NCBI RefSeq assembly: GCF_006345805.1
Contig: NC_043022.1
Coordinates: forward strand, 4,278,001 to 4,342,000
From: Octopus sinensis
Lineage: Eukaryota
DNA: 64,000 nucleotides
Direction of reading: 5' to 3'
Below are positions 51,987 to 64,000 of this stretch, in pieces. The first letter of the stretch is position 1. Every line of letters begins with the position of its first letter. A program made the position numbers and the translations under genes. The notes under the pieces are model-generated. The model saw only the letters and a list, made by a program, of their open reading frames with translations. It did not search any database and was not told where the DNA came from.

Positions 51987-52019
<33 letters not shown>

Positions 52020-52022
52020 GAA

Positions 52023-52759
52023 GGCAATGAGCTGGCAGAATGGTTAGCATACCGGGCAAAATGTTCTGCCCATTCTCATCCATCTTTATGTTCCGAGTTC
52101 AAATTTCGCCAAGATTGACTTTGCCTTTCATACTTTCCGGGTCAATAAATTGAGGATAAATTAAGTACCAGTTGAACACCGGAGTTGGTAGAATTGATTT
52201 ACAAACCCCCACCACCACCACCACCGCCCACCCACTGCCTCCTTCAAAATTGTTGTCATTATGCCAAAATCTTAAACAATTATTATTATTATTACTATTC
52301 TTATTAAGTTGACGAGCTGGCAGAAACGTTAGCAGACTGAACAAAATGATTAGCAGTATTTCACCTGCCTTTATGTTCTGGGTTTAAATTCCACTGAGGT
52401 CGGCTTTGCCTTTCATCCTTTCGGGGTTGACAAATTAAGTACCAGTTGCATACTGGGGTCGATCTAATCAACTGACTCCCTTCCCGAAAATTTTGGGGCT
52501 TGTGCCTAAAAGATTATTAAGGTGGTTGAACTGGCAGAATTGTTAGCATGGGCCGCAACATGCTTAGTGGCACTTTGTCTGCCTTTACACATTCTGAGTT
52601 CAAATCCACTGCGGCTAACTTTGCCTTTCATCTTGTCGGTGATCGATAAAATAAGTACCAGTTGAACACTGGGGTTTATTCTATTGTGTCTGGGGAGATT
52701 CCCTCCCCACAAAATTTCAGGTCTTGTGCCATTAGTAGAAAGAATTATTATTATTATTA

Positions 52760-52793
<34 letters not shown>

Positions 52794-53027
52794 GAAGGTG
52801 GTGAGCTAGCAGAGTTGTTAGCACACTGGACGGAATGCTTAGCACTATTTTGCCCATCGCTCCGTTCTGAGTTCAAATTCCACCGAAGTTGACTTTGCCT
52901 TTCATCCTTTCGGGTTGATAAAATAAGTACCAGTTGAACACAGGTGTCAATGTAAGCAACTCATCCCTACCGCCCCACAAGCTGCCCTTGTGGCAAAATT
53001 TGAAACCATTATTATCATAATTATTAT
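52023..53027 (+). mobile_element. Head-to-tail stack of four older family B SINEs
   Basis: Heads near 52023, 52309, 52521, 52797, each directly after an (ATT)n-like run. Confidence 0.85.
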
Positions 53028-53076
53028 TGCTGTTGTTGTTGTTGTTACTGCTCCTCTCTTCCCTTCTATTTCTCAC

Positions 53077-53162
53077 TCGATGCACCTTCAATGAGCCGCA
53101 GCAAACTTGCGATTATTTAATAAATGGCACCGGAGAAATGGTAAACATAACATTTGAACAAG
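53077..53162 (-). other. Candidate non-coding or poison exon (86 nt)
   Basis: Acceptor CTATCTTTCTTCTGTCAG, donor CGA|GTGAGA; stops in all three frames. Splice-signal inference only. Confidence 0.25.
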
Positions 53163-53488
53163 CTGACAGAAGAAAGATAGAATTTTTTTCAAAGACAGCT
53201 CTGAAGAGGCAGATCGGCCCCCGCCTCCCACCCCACGAAACGACACTGGCACATTAGCCAAGCTAAAGATTTGTCAGTTATATAACAGGAAAGGTGACTT
53301 ATGTCTTTGAGAATTTCCTGGCAAAGTGAATTTATGGAAAATTCTAAGTTTTTTTTTTTCTTCTTTTACTTCAAAAATTTTCCTCATTGATTTGATTTCT
53401 TTTTTTTTATTCTTATTTTCTGATCTGTTTTTGTTTTTCAATTTCACATATTCTTGCCATGTGATAGAGAAACCCCAGTGACACTTAC

Positions 53489-53538
53489 TCGGTGCCCTGA
53501 GAAACTGTCCATGTTGCCAGCGCTGTGAGCGCCATGCT
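53489..53538 (-). other. Candidate alternative RERE exon (50 nt) with in-frame ATG
   Basis: Acceptor TTGTCTTCCTCTTCACAG, donor CGA|GTAAGT; AACATGG start (ATG 53512-53510) gives MDSFSGHR ending in phase 0. No homology or transcript support. Confidence 0.4.
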
Positions 53539-53992
53539 CTGTGAAGAGGAAGACAATCTTTTGTGACAGCAAAGATGGAGAATGCGACGTTAGATTATCT
53601 CAAAAATCTTTGAAGCTTCTCTACCAACTCCAAGAACAACAAACGGAAGAAGCAGACCAATAAATAAATAATAAAGCTTTCAGGAATTTACTACTTTTTT
53701 TTTCTCTTTCTTCCCCCCCACCCTGTTCTTCGATTCTTAAGCTAAATAGAAAACCAGGAAATACACAGATAGCCGCCACTTTCTAACAAAAGTGAACGCC
53801 AACAGAACATTCTGCATCATTTCTAGATAATTCTTTGATTTTTGGTGAAATCATTTCATATTTTATGTCTAGATATATATTTTCATACACACACACACAC
53901 AAATCTGCTAATATACACACATATACCAACAGACATGCAAATTCAACACACACACATACATGTTGGCAAACACATACCAACACACTAATATG

Positions 53993-54026
<34 letters not shown>

Positions 54027-55630
54027 ATCTATCTTGTGTATGTGTGAGTATGTAGGCAAGTGTATATGCATGTACACACAGCACACGATTAATTAAACAC
54101 AACCAACACACATTACACAAAGATCTCCATAAGAACCACATCCTATGCGACAGCCTCTATATACACACATATATATACTCATACATATACACACATATCA
54201 ATATACACACACACACACATGTATATATATAGTTCCAATAGTAAAGTTTAAAACCTTTTCCCCCCCAAGAGACGTTTATTTTTTTCTTCCAATCTTCATG
54301 CAGACATCATCTTTTACAAGAAAATGGATTTTTTTTTTTATTCATTTATTTATTTCCATCTAAGCTGCTGCAGATAGAAGAATATATAAAAAAAAAAAAA
54401 AAAAAAAAAGCAATAGATATAGCTAGCTCTCCACCCCCCCCCCCCCCAATACAATCCATATTGCCACATTCCACGAATTTATAATCAGATTTTTTCTTCT
54501 GCAGTTTTCACAAAATAGAAATGGTAAAATATATTTAAAAAAAAACAAAAACAAAAATAAAAAAAACGAAACACACACACACACACACACACTCGCACCA
54601 AAAAAAGAAAAAAAGAAGGTAAAAAGAGAATAAAAAAGAAAAAAGAAATTTATTATATTAGATGATTTCTGTGCAGCTCACAATGTTTTACTCTTTAGAA
54701 ATGACGTTAATTTAGCAATGTGGCGAAGAAGAAGAAGAAGATGAAGAAGAAGATGAAGACGAAGAAGATGAAGAAGGGAGACAGGTACGAAGAGATAAAT
54801 AAAACCATTCTCTTCCGTACTACATCAGTAACAAAATAGATTCTTGCAAGATTACAATTGAATAAAACACATCATTTTACAATAAGGAGGAGGAAATTGG
54901 AGAAGCAAAAGACATTTTTAGCAGTAAAAATACAACATGGCTTGATGGAATTACAAGCATAAATGTCTCTCTCTCTCTCTCTCTCTTCCCCCCTCTCTCT
55001 CTCTCTCTCTGCCACATTCTCTCTCTCTCTCTCTTTCTCTGCTTTTCCTTTGATATAACCCGAGGAAACACATTCAGATATATTCAAAAGATGATGTATG
55101 GCAAAGCACAGAATCTGCTAGTGTTGTTGTTGTTGTTGTCATAATAATCACTGCCACAGTGGTCGTGTTGTTGTTGTTGTTATTATTATTATTATTATTA
55201 TTCAGCGAAACACAATTTTGATACGTGGTTGGTTATGAAAGAGTTGGAAATATTTCAAATGTTATATAGCATGTAGGGGGGAAAAGGAGGGGGCAGGGAG
55301 AGAAAGAAATCAGATCACCTGAGGTAGAGGAAAACTATGTGTTTTATGCCCCCCCCCCCACACACACACAGACACACATACACATGTACACACTCATGCA
55401 CGCACACACATACACACACGCACAAAGCTATCAAATTTAACTGGTTATAAATCTATAAAGTACAGAACACAGAGGACAAACAGACAGACCGATAAAATAA
55501 AAAAAACAAACAAACAAACAAACAAACAAGAAAGGATTCTCTCCTCCCACCACTACCACTGCCACCGCCAACACTAATCCGATCGGTGAATGGTTACAAT
55601 AGTCAACGACCTCCATCACTTCACTTAAAC

Positions 55631-55781
55631 CTGCACCAGAAATATTTCACACAGCCAGGAAACGGATGAGGAACACACAAATATCGTCTACAGATGTCGG
55701 CGTGTGACATCAAGAACAACAAGAACAAGAACCAGTGGCAGTTCAGGAACGGTGTGCAGCGATTGCACTTTGCGCTGTGCA
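55631..55781 (-). other. Candidate upstream exon (151 nt)
   Basis: Acceptor AACCTTCTTGCAG, donor CAG|GTTTAAGT; unique, relatively GC-rich sequence. Weak inference. Confidence 0.2.
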
Positions 55782-55904
55782 CTGCAAGAAGGTTTCTAGG
55801 TGCACTGAGAGGAGTATTAGAAATTTAAATTAAGGCTTTCAGAAACCCACACAAATGGATAATCCCAGAGAGTCTCAAAAATTAATTCATTTCTACAGTA
55901 TTTC

Positions 55905-56510
55905 CTCGCATGTGGTAAGCAGCTTGTTTCCCGACCACATGGTTCCGGGTTCAGTCCCACTGCGTGGCACCTTGGGCAAGTGTCTTCTACAACAGCTTTG
56001 TGTTTCTTTACTACCCACAAGGGGCTAAACATAGAGGGGACAAACAAGGACAGACAAACAAATTAAGTCGATTACATCAACCTCAGTGCGTAACTGGTAC
56101 TTACTTTATCGACCCTGAAAGGATGAAAGGCAAAGTCGACCTCGGCGGAATTTGAACTCAGAACGTAACAGCAGGCGAAATACGGCTATGCATTTTGTCC
56201 GGCGTGCTTAGGATTCTGCCAGCTTGCCGCCTTGCTATAGCTTTGGCCAACCAAAGCCTTGTGAGTGGATTTGGTAGATGGAAACTGAAAGAAGACCATC
56301 ACGTGTGTGTGTGTGTGTGTGTTCATGTCTGCGTTTGTCCCTCCACTATCACTTGACAACCAATGTTGGTGTGTTTACGTCCCTGTAACTTAATGGTTCG
56401 GCAAATAAGACTGATAGAATAAGTCCAGGGTCAATTTCTTCGACTAAAAAGCAGTGCTCCAGTATGGCCACAGTCAAAACGACCAAATTGAGTAAAAGAA
56501 TAAAAAGAAA
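55905..56510 (+). mobile_element. SINE family A interrupted by a minus-strand family B copy (about 55998-56232)
   Basis: A sequence resumes after B; AGCTTTG repeated on both sides of the insert. Confidence 0.8.
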
Positions 56511-56770
56511 ACAATGTATGGTGGCGTAGCGGTTAAGGTGTTGCACATTGTGTCCTTAAGCAAGACACTTCATTTCACATTGCTCCAGTCCACTCAGCTG
56601 TGAATGGGTAACATCTTGATGGACTGGCTTTCTGTTCAGGGAGGATGCTGATCTGCCCTGCCTACCTGGTCAGGTGGCATCATTGGAAAGCGACAACAAT
56701 GTAAGGAAGCGCATTGTGACAAGTGGTGCACAACAATATCCAATTGTGTGGTTGATATCATGATACTGTA

Positions 56771-56806
<36 letters not shown>

Positions 56807-57029
56807 ATATGGCCTAGTGGTTAGGGTGTTAAACTCAGGATTGCGAGATCATGGTTTCAATTCTCAGGCCAGTAGGCACATTGTGTTCTTGAGCAAAACA
56901 CTCCACTTCACGTTGTTTCAGATCACTCAGATGTAAATGAATAACTCCGTGAGGGACTGGGATTCTATCCAAGGGGAATGCCGGTCTGCCCTGCCAACCA
57001 AGTGATGGAAGGAGGTGGGGGAGGAACAG

Positions 57030-57600
57030 TGAGAGTAAAAGAGGGAGGAAAAGATGGAGAGAGAGAGAGAGAGGAAGGAGGAAAAGATGGAGGGAGGCAG
57101 GGGAAGGGAAGGAACAGAGAGGGAAAGAGGGAGGGATAGAGGCAGGGAAAGAGGGAGAGAGAGAGAGAGGAAGGAGGAAAAGATGGAGGGGGGAAGGGAA
57201 GGAACAGAGAGAGGGAAAGAGGGAGGAAAAGATGGAGAGAGAGGGGGGGAAAGATGGAAGGAGGGAGGGGAAGGGAAGGAACAGAGAGAGGGAAAGAGGG
57301 AGGAAAAGATGGGAGAGAGAGAGAGAGAGGAAGGAGGAAAAGATGGAGGGAGGAAACGAACAGAGATAGTGACGGAGAGAGGGAGGAGGAAAAGATGGAG
57401 AGAGGGAGGGGAGGAACAGAGAGAGTGAAGAGAGCAAGAAAGAGAATGAGAGCAGGAGAAAGGAAAAGATAGGAGAGGGGAGGAAGAGAGAGAAGGAGGG
57501 GGAGGAACAGATGAGAGAGAAGAGATGTAGAGAGAGAGGGAGAAGGAAAGATAGAGTGATAGGGGAGAGGAGGAAGAGAGAGCGAGAGAGAAAGAGATGA
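57030..57600. repeat. Pure-purine minisatellite (GGAAGGAGGAAAAGATGGAG / GGAAGGAACAGAGAG units)
   Basis: About 570 bp almost free of pyrimidines, with recurring subunits. Confidence 0.9.
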
Positions 57601-57871
57601 AGCCCCTTAAGTGCTTCCTTAATCTTCAAAATGGCTGTTTCGAAAGTGTGTCAGATGAAAACATCTTTGCAGTATTAAGTTTCGTCCCTTTTATATTTTG
57701 GACGGGCAAACCAACCAGAGACTAAAACCCCTTGCTCGGTTCCACATCCTTCCGTTGGGTTATCTAGAATAAGCACCACCTGTTGAGTACCAAAATTCAC
57801 AGAAGAAATTATTCCTCACTTGGCTAAAATATTTGGAATGTGATTCATAAATTTGCAGAAGAGAGTGGCTC

Positions 57872-58082
57872 AGTGTTTGTTCCCCCAGCATTGCTTGACA
57901 ACCGATGCTGGTGTGTTTATGTCCCCGTTACTTAGCGGTTCGGCAAAAGAGACCGATAGAATAAGTACTGGCCTTACAAAAGAATAAGTCCCGGGGTCGA
58001 GTTGCTCGATTAAAAGGCGGTGCTCCAGCATGGCCGCAGTCAAATGACTGAAACAAGTAAAAGAGAGTAAAAGAAAGAGAGA
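57872..58082 (+). mobile_element. SINE family A, 3' half
   Basis: Begins at the post-microsatellite body; consensus tail. Confidence 0.88.
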
Positions 58083-58107
58083 GTGGTTAAAATTGGCCAC
58101 AGTATTG

Positions 58108-58469
58108 TTACTTCCACCTTAGCGAAGGTGGAGGTATTGTTTTCATTTGTGTTTGTTTGGTCTGTAGACAGGATATCTCAAGAACTGCTGGAGGGATTCA
58201 GATGAAACTTTCAGGGATGTTTGACCTCATGACTGGCATGAACCGATTAGATTTTGGGATCAATCTGGTGCCAGACTAGACAAGGATTCTGGATTATCTT
58301 TTCATTTTTTCAGTTTAATTTTTGAGAGCAGCCGGGTTCATTTTTAGTATTCTCGTTTGTGAGAGCAGTCAAGTCTATTTCAGATATTCTCATTTTAAAA
58401 ATCATCTTCGGCTAATCGTTGAGAGGACATTGATATTGCCTTGGCAGAGGTTTGCACTTTCTGAGTGCT
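58108..58469 (+). mobile_element. Helentron-associated non-autonomous element (HINE/DINE-1-like)
   Basis: 5' hairpin TACTTCCACCTT-AGCG-AAGGTGGAGGTA, 3' subterminal CCTTGGCAGAGGT and short GCACT-TTCTG-AGTGC stem: typical HINE end architecture. Confidence 0.65.
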
Positions 58470-59967
58470 CGTTATTATTAAAGTGGCAAGCTGGCAGGAT
58501 CGTTAGCATGCTAGATGAAATGCTTAGCGGTATTTCCTCTGCTGCTACATTCCAAGTTCAAATTCCACCGAGGTCGACTTTGCTTTTCATCCTTTTGGGG
58601 TCGATAAATTAAGTACCAGTTACGCACTGGGATTGCCATGATTGACTTACTTCCTTTCCCAAAATTCCAGGCCTTGTGCCAACAGTAGAAAGGATTATTA
58701 TCATTACTATTCCTGAATCTTGAGAATTGCATGTTGTAGAAAGTGAAGGAAAGAGGTTGAAGTAGGATTTGTACCCTTATCACATGGAAACCCCTTACCA
58801 GCAAAAAGTACCCAAAACAGGTCCATTGGGTTGGAGGGTTGGGGCCTGAATGGTGCAAAGGTGCCATCCACCAGGAATATTAGGGAGTCACCTATAGATG
58901 GGGAATGCAGTGATGTGCTGTTAGAGCAAATGCCCCCCCCTACTACTACTACTATTACTACTACTACTGCTACTACCACCACTACTACTGAATGAAAAAA
59001 CAATGCTGATCCCTAGCAGAAACTGAACATAGGAATATGGAACAACCCCACCAAATACTTGATAACATTCAATCTTGTAGATTAATATTTAAGGTGTACA
59101 TCAATCAGAATTTGTTGTGTATATGAACCTGAGAACTTCTGCCCCGATGCACAGGCCCAGGCCAACTTATATGCACCGTCGTCACCTCATGTCCCCTTTT
59201 CCATGCTTTTATAGGTCTGACAATTTATCAAGGCAGATTTTCTCACCACCTGTTTCTAAGCAAGCTAACATTTTCCCTTGGCTAGGTAAGTTTGCACAGG
59301 CGAAAGGAAATGATAATAATAATCCTTTCTACTATAGGTACATAGCCTGAAATTTTTGTGGGGAAGGGGGCCAGTCGATTGCATTGACCCCAGTGTGATC
59401 AACTGGTACTCGTTTTACTGACCTTGAAAGGATGAAAGGCGCAGCCGACCTTGGAGGAATTTGGGTTCAGAATGTGAAGATGAATGAAATGCCGCAAAGC
59501 TAACGATTCTACCATGGTTCCTAATTTAGATGCAAGGGCAGCAATTTTGAGCGAAGGGGTTTAGTTGCTGCCACTGACCCCAGTATTCTGGTACTTTCAT
59601 TTGGTAAGCCCAGTGGTGGATGAAAGGGGAAGTTGAGACCTCGGAGCACAGCCACTACATATACTGGCAAAGCATTTTCATCAAACACTCTAATGATTCA
59701 ATATTTCAACTCCACAAGGTGCTTAGGAAAAACAATGACAACAAAAATTAAATCCCATGCAATCTATGTTTAATCAAGGAATTTCTGGCTCGTTAGTGGA
59801 AATATTTGAGCAATTAGTGACCGGTTTCATGTCAAAGACAGCCAGTTTTGGGTAACAAAAGTTACCAAACTAAATCACAAAACATAACCCAGCCCAAAAC
59901 CCACAAGATATATCTTGTTGGTGTGAGACTGCTGCCATTAACTTAAAGAATAACCACAGGATGTGAA

Positions 59968-60277
59968 GGTGCATGGCTCAGTGGTTAGAGCGTTAAGCTT
60001 TCGATCATGACGTTCTGAGTTCAATTCCCACACTGGGCTGTGTGTTGTGTTTTTGAGCAAGACACTTTATTTCACGTTGCTCCAGTTCACTCAGCTGTAG
60101 AAATGAGTTGCGACACCACTGGTGCCTTTCCCTTGGATAACATGGGTGGCATGGAGAGGAGAGGCTGGTATGCATGGGCGACTGCTGGCCTTCCACAAAC
60201 AACCTTGCCTGGACTTGTGCCTAGAAGGGTAACTTTCTAGGTGCAATCCTATGGTCATTCATGACGAAAGGGGGTCT
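59968..60277 (+). mobile_element. SINE family D with short internal deletion
   Basis: A-box, B-box GAGTTCAATTCCC, family body. Confidence 0.88.
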
Positions 60278-60829
60278 CCTCATCTACAGATGTTCAAGAC
60301 AAGAACCCTCAATCACTCTCTCCCCCATCCATCAGTCAAAATTCTGTGACAAAGATAGTGCTCTCTGCGGCGCCTTACTCATCATAGAATTGGTTAAACT
60401 TTCTCAACCATTGAAAGAACATCAATGAATTTCAACTTCTCTTTCTGCCATGTTTCATGCGATTTCTTCATGTTTTACCAGAGTAAAAACGTTGTGAAGC
60501 CATAGAAAGATTTAGAACTATTTGACATTAATCTTTTTGGTTCAGGAAAACACCAACAACAAAAAAAAAAAAAAAAAAAAAAAAAAACGAGAGAAAAATC
60601 TAAAAGCAAAAATGGAAAAATTAATCCAAGCAAAACCAAACAACAAATTATTTTTAAATCTGAGAATTTCATTTTCCTTTCTTTTTTAATCTTTATTAAA
60701 TTCTAAATTTGACTCGAGGATTTAATCGAGAGCAAGATTAAGCTTAACATCACCTATCTAGATTGTTCATTGATGTGACTATACACACTGATGTGACTAC
60801 AGTCACATTAACAATATACACCAATCTAA

Positions 60830-60885
60830 ATATACATGTGTGTGTGTTGTGTGTGTGTATATGTATGTGTATATATATATATATA

Positions 60886-60916
<31 letters not shown>

Positions 60917-61014
60917 GTGTGTATATATATATATGTGTATATATATGTGTGTGTATATATGTGTGTGTATATATATGTGTGTGTATATATATATATGTGT
61001 ATATATATATATAT

Positions 61015-61055
<41 letters not shown>

Positions 61056-61088
61056 GTGTGTGTGTGTGTGTGTGTATGTGTGTGTGTG

Positions 61089-61152
<64 letters not shown>
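60830..61152. repeat. (TA)n/(GT)n compound microsatellite
   Basis: Seen directly. Confidence 0.95.
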
Positions 61153-61155
<3 letters not shown>

Positions 61156-61823
61156 GAGACATACATATACATACAGACAGACACACATACATATGTAGGC
61201 ACTCGCACATACACAAACAACATTTCCTATTGCCAAACAACAGAAATGAGTGTATTTAGAACTTTACAAACTGCAATAACAAACGAACGAATGCAGTTTC
61301 GTTCTTTCTTCTTTCTTCTTGTTCTTGCTTTTACACTTTTTCCTATTGTAAAGCGTTTATCGATCAAATTTATTTATTTATCTAATTAAGTTAAAATCCT
61401 TTTCAAAAAATTAATTCTCCTATTTGTCAAGTCTCGAAAGCAAATTGAATCCATCGCTGACTCGGACAAAATCTTTGCAATAAAAATCATCGCGTCGCAC
61501 AACAATGGCCATTGAGAGATAACAACGGAATTGGAGAAACACAAAACAACAATACCAGGAAAGAGAGAAGAGTGGTGGAGGGCGAATGTGGGGAGGATAT
61601 TGATAATGGCAGAAGCAACATTCAAAAAAATTCTAGAAACGCTCATTTATTTATTAAATACAAATTAAAAGACAATTTGCATTGTGAAACAGTTTCCAGC
61701 TTATTGGTAATCTACCTTTTGAGAACAAAAGAACAGAACTTCTGGGGTCATCCCCACCACCTCTCATGCTCTACTGCTGTTATTTTTTTTAACCCTTGGT
61801 CTGTCCTATACTCAAATATATCT

Positions 61824-62228
61824 CGGCTGTGTGGTAAGTAGCTTGCTAACCAACCACATGGTTCCGGGTTCAGTCCCACTGCGTGGCATCTTGGGCAAGT
61901 GTCTTCTGCTATAGCCCTGGGCCGACCAATGCCTAGTGAGTGGATTTGGTAGACGGAAACTGAAAGAAGCCTGTCGTATATATGTATATATATATATATA
62001 AGTGTGTGTGTATATGTTTGTGTGTCTGTGTTTGTCCCCCTAGCATTGCTTGACAACCGATGCTGGTGTGTTTACGTTCCCGTCACTTAGCGGTTCGGCA
62101 AAAGAGACCGATAGAATAAGTACTGGGCTTACAAAGAATAAGTCCCGGGGTCGATTTGCTCGACTAAAGGTGGTGCTCCAGCATGGCTGCAGTCAAATGA
62201 CTGAAACAAGTAAAAGAGTAAAAGAGAG
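61824..62228 (+). mobile_element. SINE family A, near-consensus
   Basis: Full-length match. Confidence 0.92.
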
Positions 62229-62374
62229 TATCTCATCATCCCCCACCCCCTGTGTGCAGGGAAACCAGGACTGAATTTCTCAACAGGACCTTTTTTTCTT
62301 AAGATGGTAAGGTGTAATTTGAGGGAGACTTCACTGCTGTTTCTAAGAAACAAACTGGTAATGGTAACAGTGAT

Positions 62375-62900
62375 GGCAGCGGTGGTTGTTAGTGGTGATG
62401 GTCATGGTGGGAGTGGCCGAAGGGATAATAATGGTGATGGTGACAGAACCATTAAGTAGAGGTGAGCCACACAGACCTATGGTCAAACAAAACCCAGTCG
62501 TGACCATCCCATCCCATCTTTGGAGATGGTAACATACTGGTAGTGGCGATGGTGGTAGTGGTGATGCGACGGTGGAGGCAGTGACGGTGGTAGTGGTGAT
62601 GATGATGGCCTGTAGTGGTGGATATGATGGTGGTGGTAGTAGTGGAAATGGCAGCAATGGTGATGGTGATAGTAACGATGGTGGTGGAGGGGGTGGGGGG
62701 GGATTACACAGCAATGGTGATGGTAGCCTAAATGGTATTTATTGATGAAGTAATGGTATGGCACGATAGTTTCTGAAATGGTGATATGTTTGTGTTGTAG
62801 TAGAACAGTGGTAGTTGTGCGATGACACTGTTGTAGTAATGGTTCTGGTGGTTGTTAGTCGTGATGGTCGCGGCGGTAGCAGCAGAAGGGATAATAAATG
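62375..62900. repeat. GGT/GAT/AGT-rich low-complexity region
   Basis: Degenerate trinucleotide repeats seen directly. Confidence 0.75.
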
Positions 62901-63039
62901 CCAGTGGTGATTGACACAGACCTATGATCAAACACAATCCAACTGTGACCACCAGCCTCCTCTTTTTGTACTTGTAAAGGACCCAGAGACCCCGTTACCG
63001 AACGTGCCCTCCTCTAAGGAAATTGAGTGCGATTTGAGA

Positions 63040-63044
63040 GAGAG

Positions 63045-63083
<39 letters not shown>

Positions 63084-64000
63084 TTTGGCTGTTATGTTTA
63101 GCAGGTCGGTCGACCACATAGATGTACCGTTACTGGCGTGAGTGGTGGCGGGTGGAGGCACGCGCGATGCGGCGGCGGGGGGGTAGTTAGGGAAGCTAGA
63201 AAGGTAGGATGAGATGTGATTTGGAGAAAATTACACAGCTAGATAAACAATTAGTGTTAATGAGAAAAATTATAGAGATAGGTGAGATAGATAGATAGAT
63301 AGATAGATAGTGAAAAAGGCGGAGGGAATGGTAAAGGAGAGAGAGAAGGTGAGAGAGAGACGGTAGATTGTAGAGAGAGAAGGAGGCAGGTTGTAGAAAG
63401 AGTAGAAACAAAGAGGAGAAAGAGGAGGAAAAGATTGTATTGGGAGGGAAAGGCAGATTGTAGGGAGGGAGAGAAGAGAAAATTGAAGAGAGGGGAAAAG
63501 GAAGATTGTAGAGAGAGGGGAGAAGACAGACTGTAGAGAGATAGGGAGAAGGCAGATAGAAGAGAGAGCGAAAACAGAATGAGGAGAGGTGGGCGGTAAA
63601 TTTGAAAAGGGAGAAAGTGAGAGAGAGAAGGAATCTTCTTAAGAGAGAGAGAGAGAGAGGTATAGCAAAACATAAAGGGGAAAGGGAAAGAGATAGGTTT
63701 ACACTTTCCCTCCTACTATCTGTTAATGTAGTGATAGTGAGAGGGTAGAGAAGTAAAAAGAAAGACTAGGTAAAGGGGGTAGGGAGAGCAGATAAGAAAA
63801 TGAGAGAAAAGAGAAATTGAAGAGGGAAGAATAGAAAGAGGAAGATGGAGAATTATTGATAGTCTATATATATATGTGTGTGACAGATAGATAGATAGAA
63901 AGAGAGAGAGAGAGAGACGGAAAGGATGAATAGAGAGGTAGTAACTGAAGAGAACTTAAGTAGAGAAAGATGAATAGAGAATGAATGTGTGAAGCGAGAG
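63040..64000. repeat. GA-rich polypurine low-complexity region
   Basis: Seen directly; runs to window end. Confidence 0.85.

Noticed and set aside
54717-54785. Acidic EEEED-type plus-strand exon candidate
   Set aside because: Explained by a (GAA/GAT)n microsatellite, opposite to the gene strand.
56835-57629. Longest ORF in the track (264 aa, S/L/F/P-rich)
   Set aside because: Translation of the polypurine minisatellite; no domain signal.

Overview
AT-rich, repeat-saturated animal DNA. The SINE families resemble those I recall from Octopus genomes, so a coleoid cephalopod origin is an inference. The window is almost entirely intron. The only coding exon I can support is a 106-bp minus-strand exon (23030-22925) missed by the ORF track. 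It encodes [35 protein letters not shown], part of the BAH domain of RERE/Atrophin, with a branch point, polypyrimidine tract, AG acceptor and GTAAGT donor. I found neither flanking coding exon, so both introns appear to be tens of kb long (one 100-N gap at 16842-16941). The rest is dozens of tRNA-derived SINEs from four families (my labels A-D), a (GAT)n-tailed retroposon family (E), RTE/Bov-B-like LINE 3' ends, DNA-transposon MITEs (hAT, mariner, pogo-like, piggyBac-like, Helitron/Helentron-like) and many micro- and minisatellites. No rRNA, true tRNA gene or CRISPR array is present. Leads most worth checking: a possible alternative RERE 5' exon chain with an in-frame ATG; an inverted pair of Penelope-type hammerhead ribozyme motifs; head-to-tail SINE stacks at (ATT)n tails; a near-perfect 98-bp intronic hairpin; a four-copy RTE 3'-end array; and a structured tandem module in family E. 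Unless TSDs, TIRs or splice sites are quoted, boundaries are approximate (roughly +/-10-20 bp).
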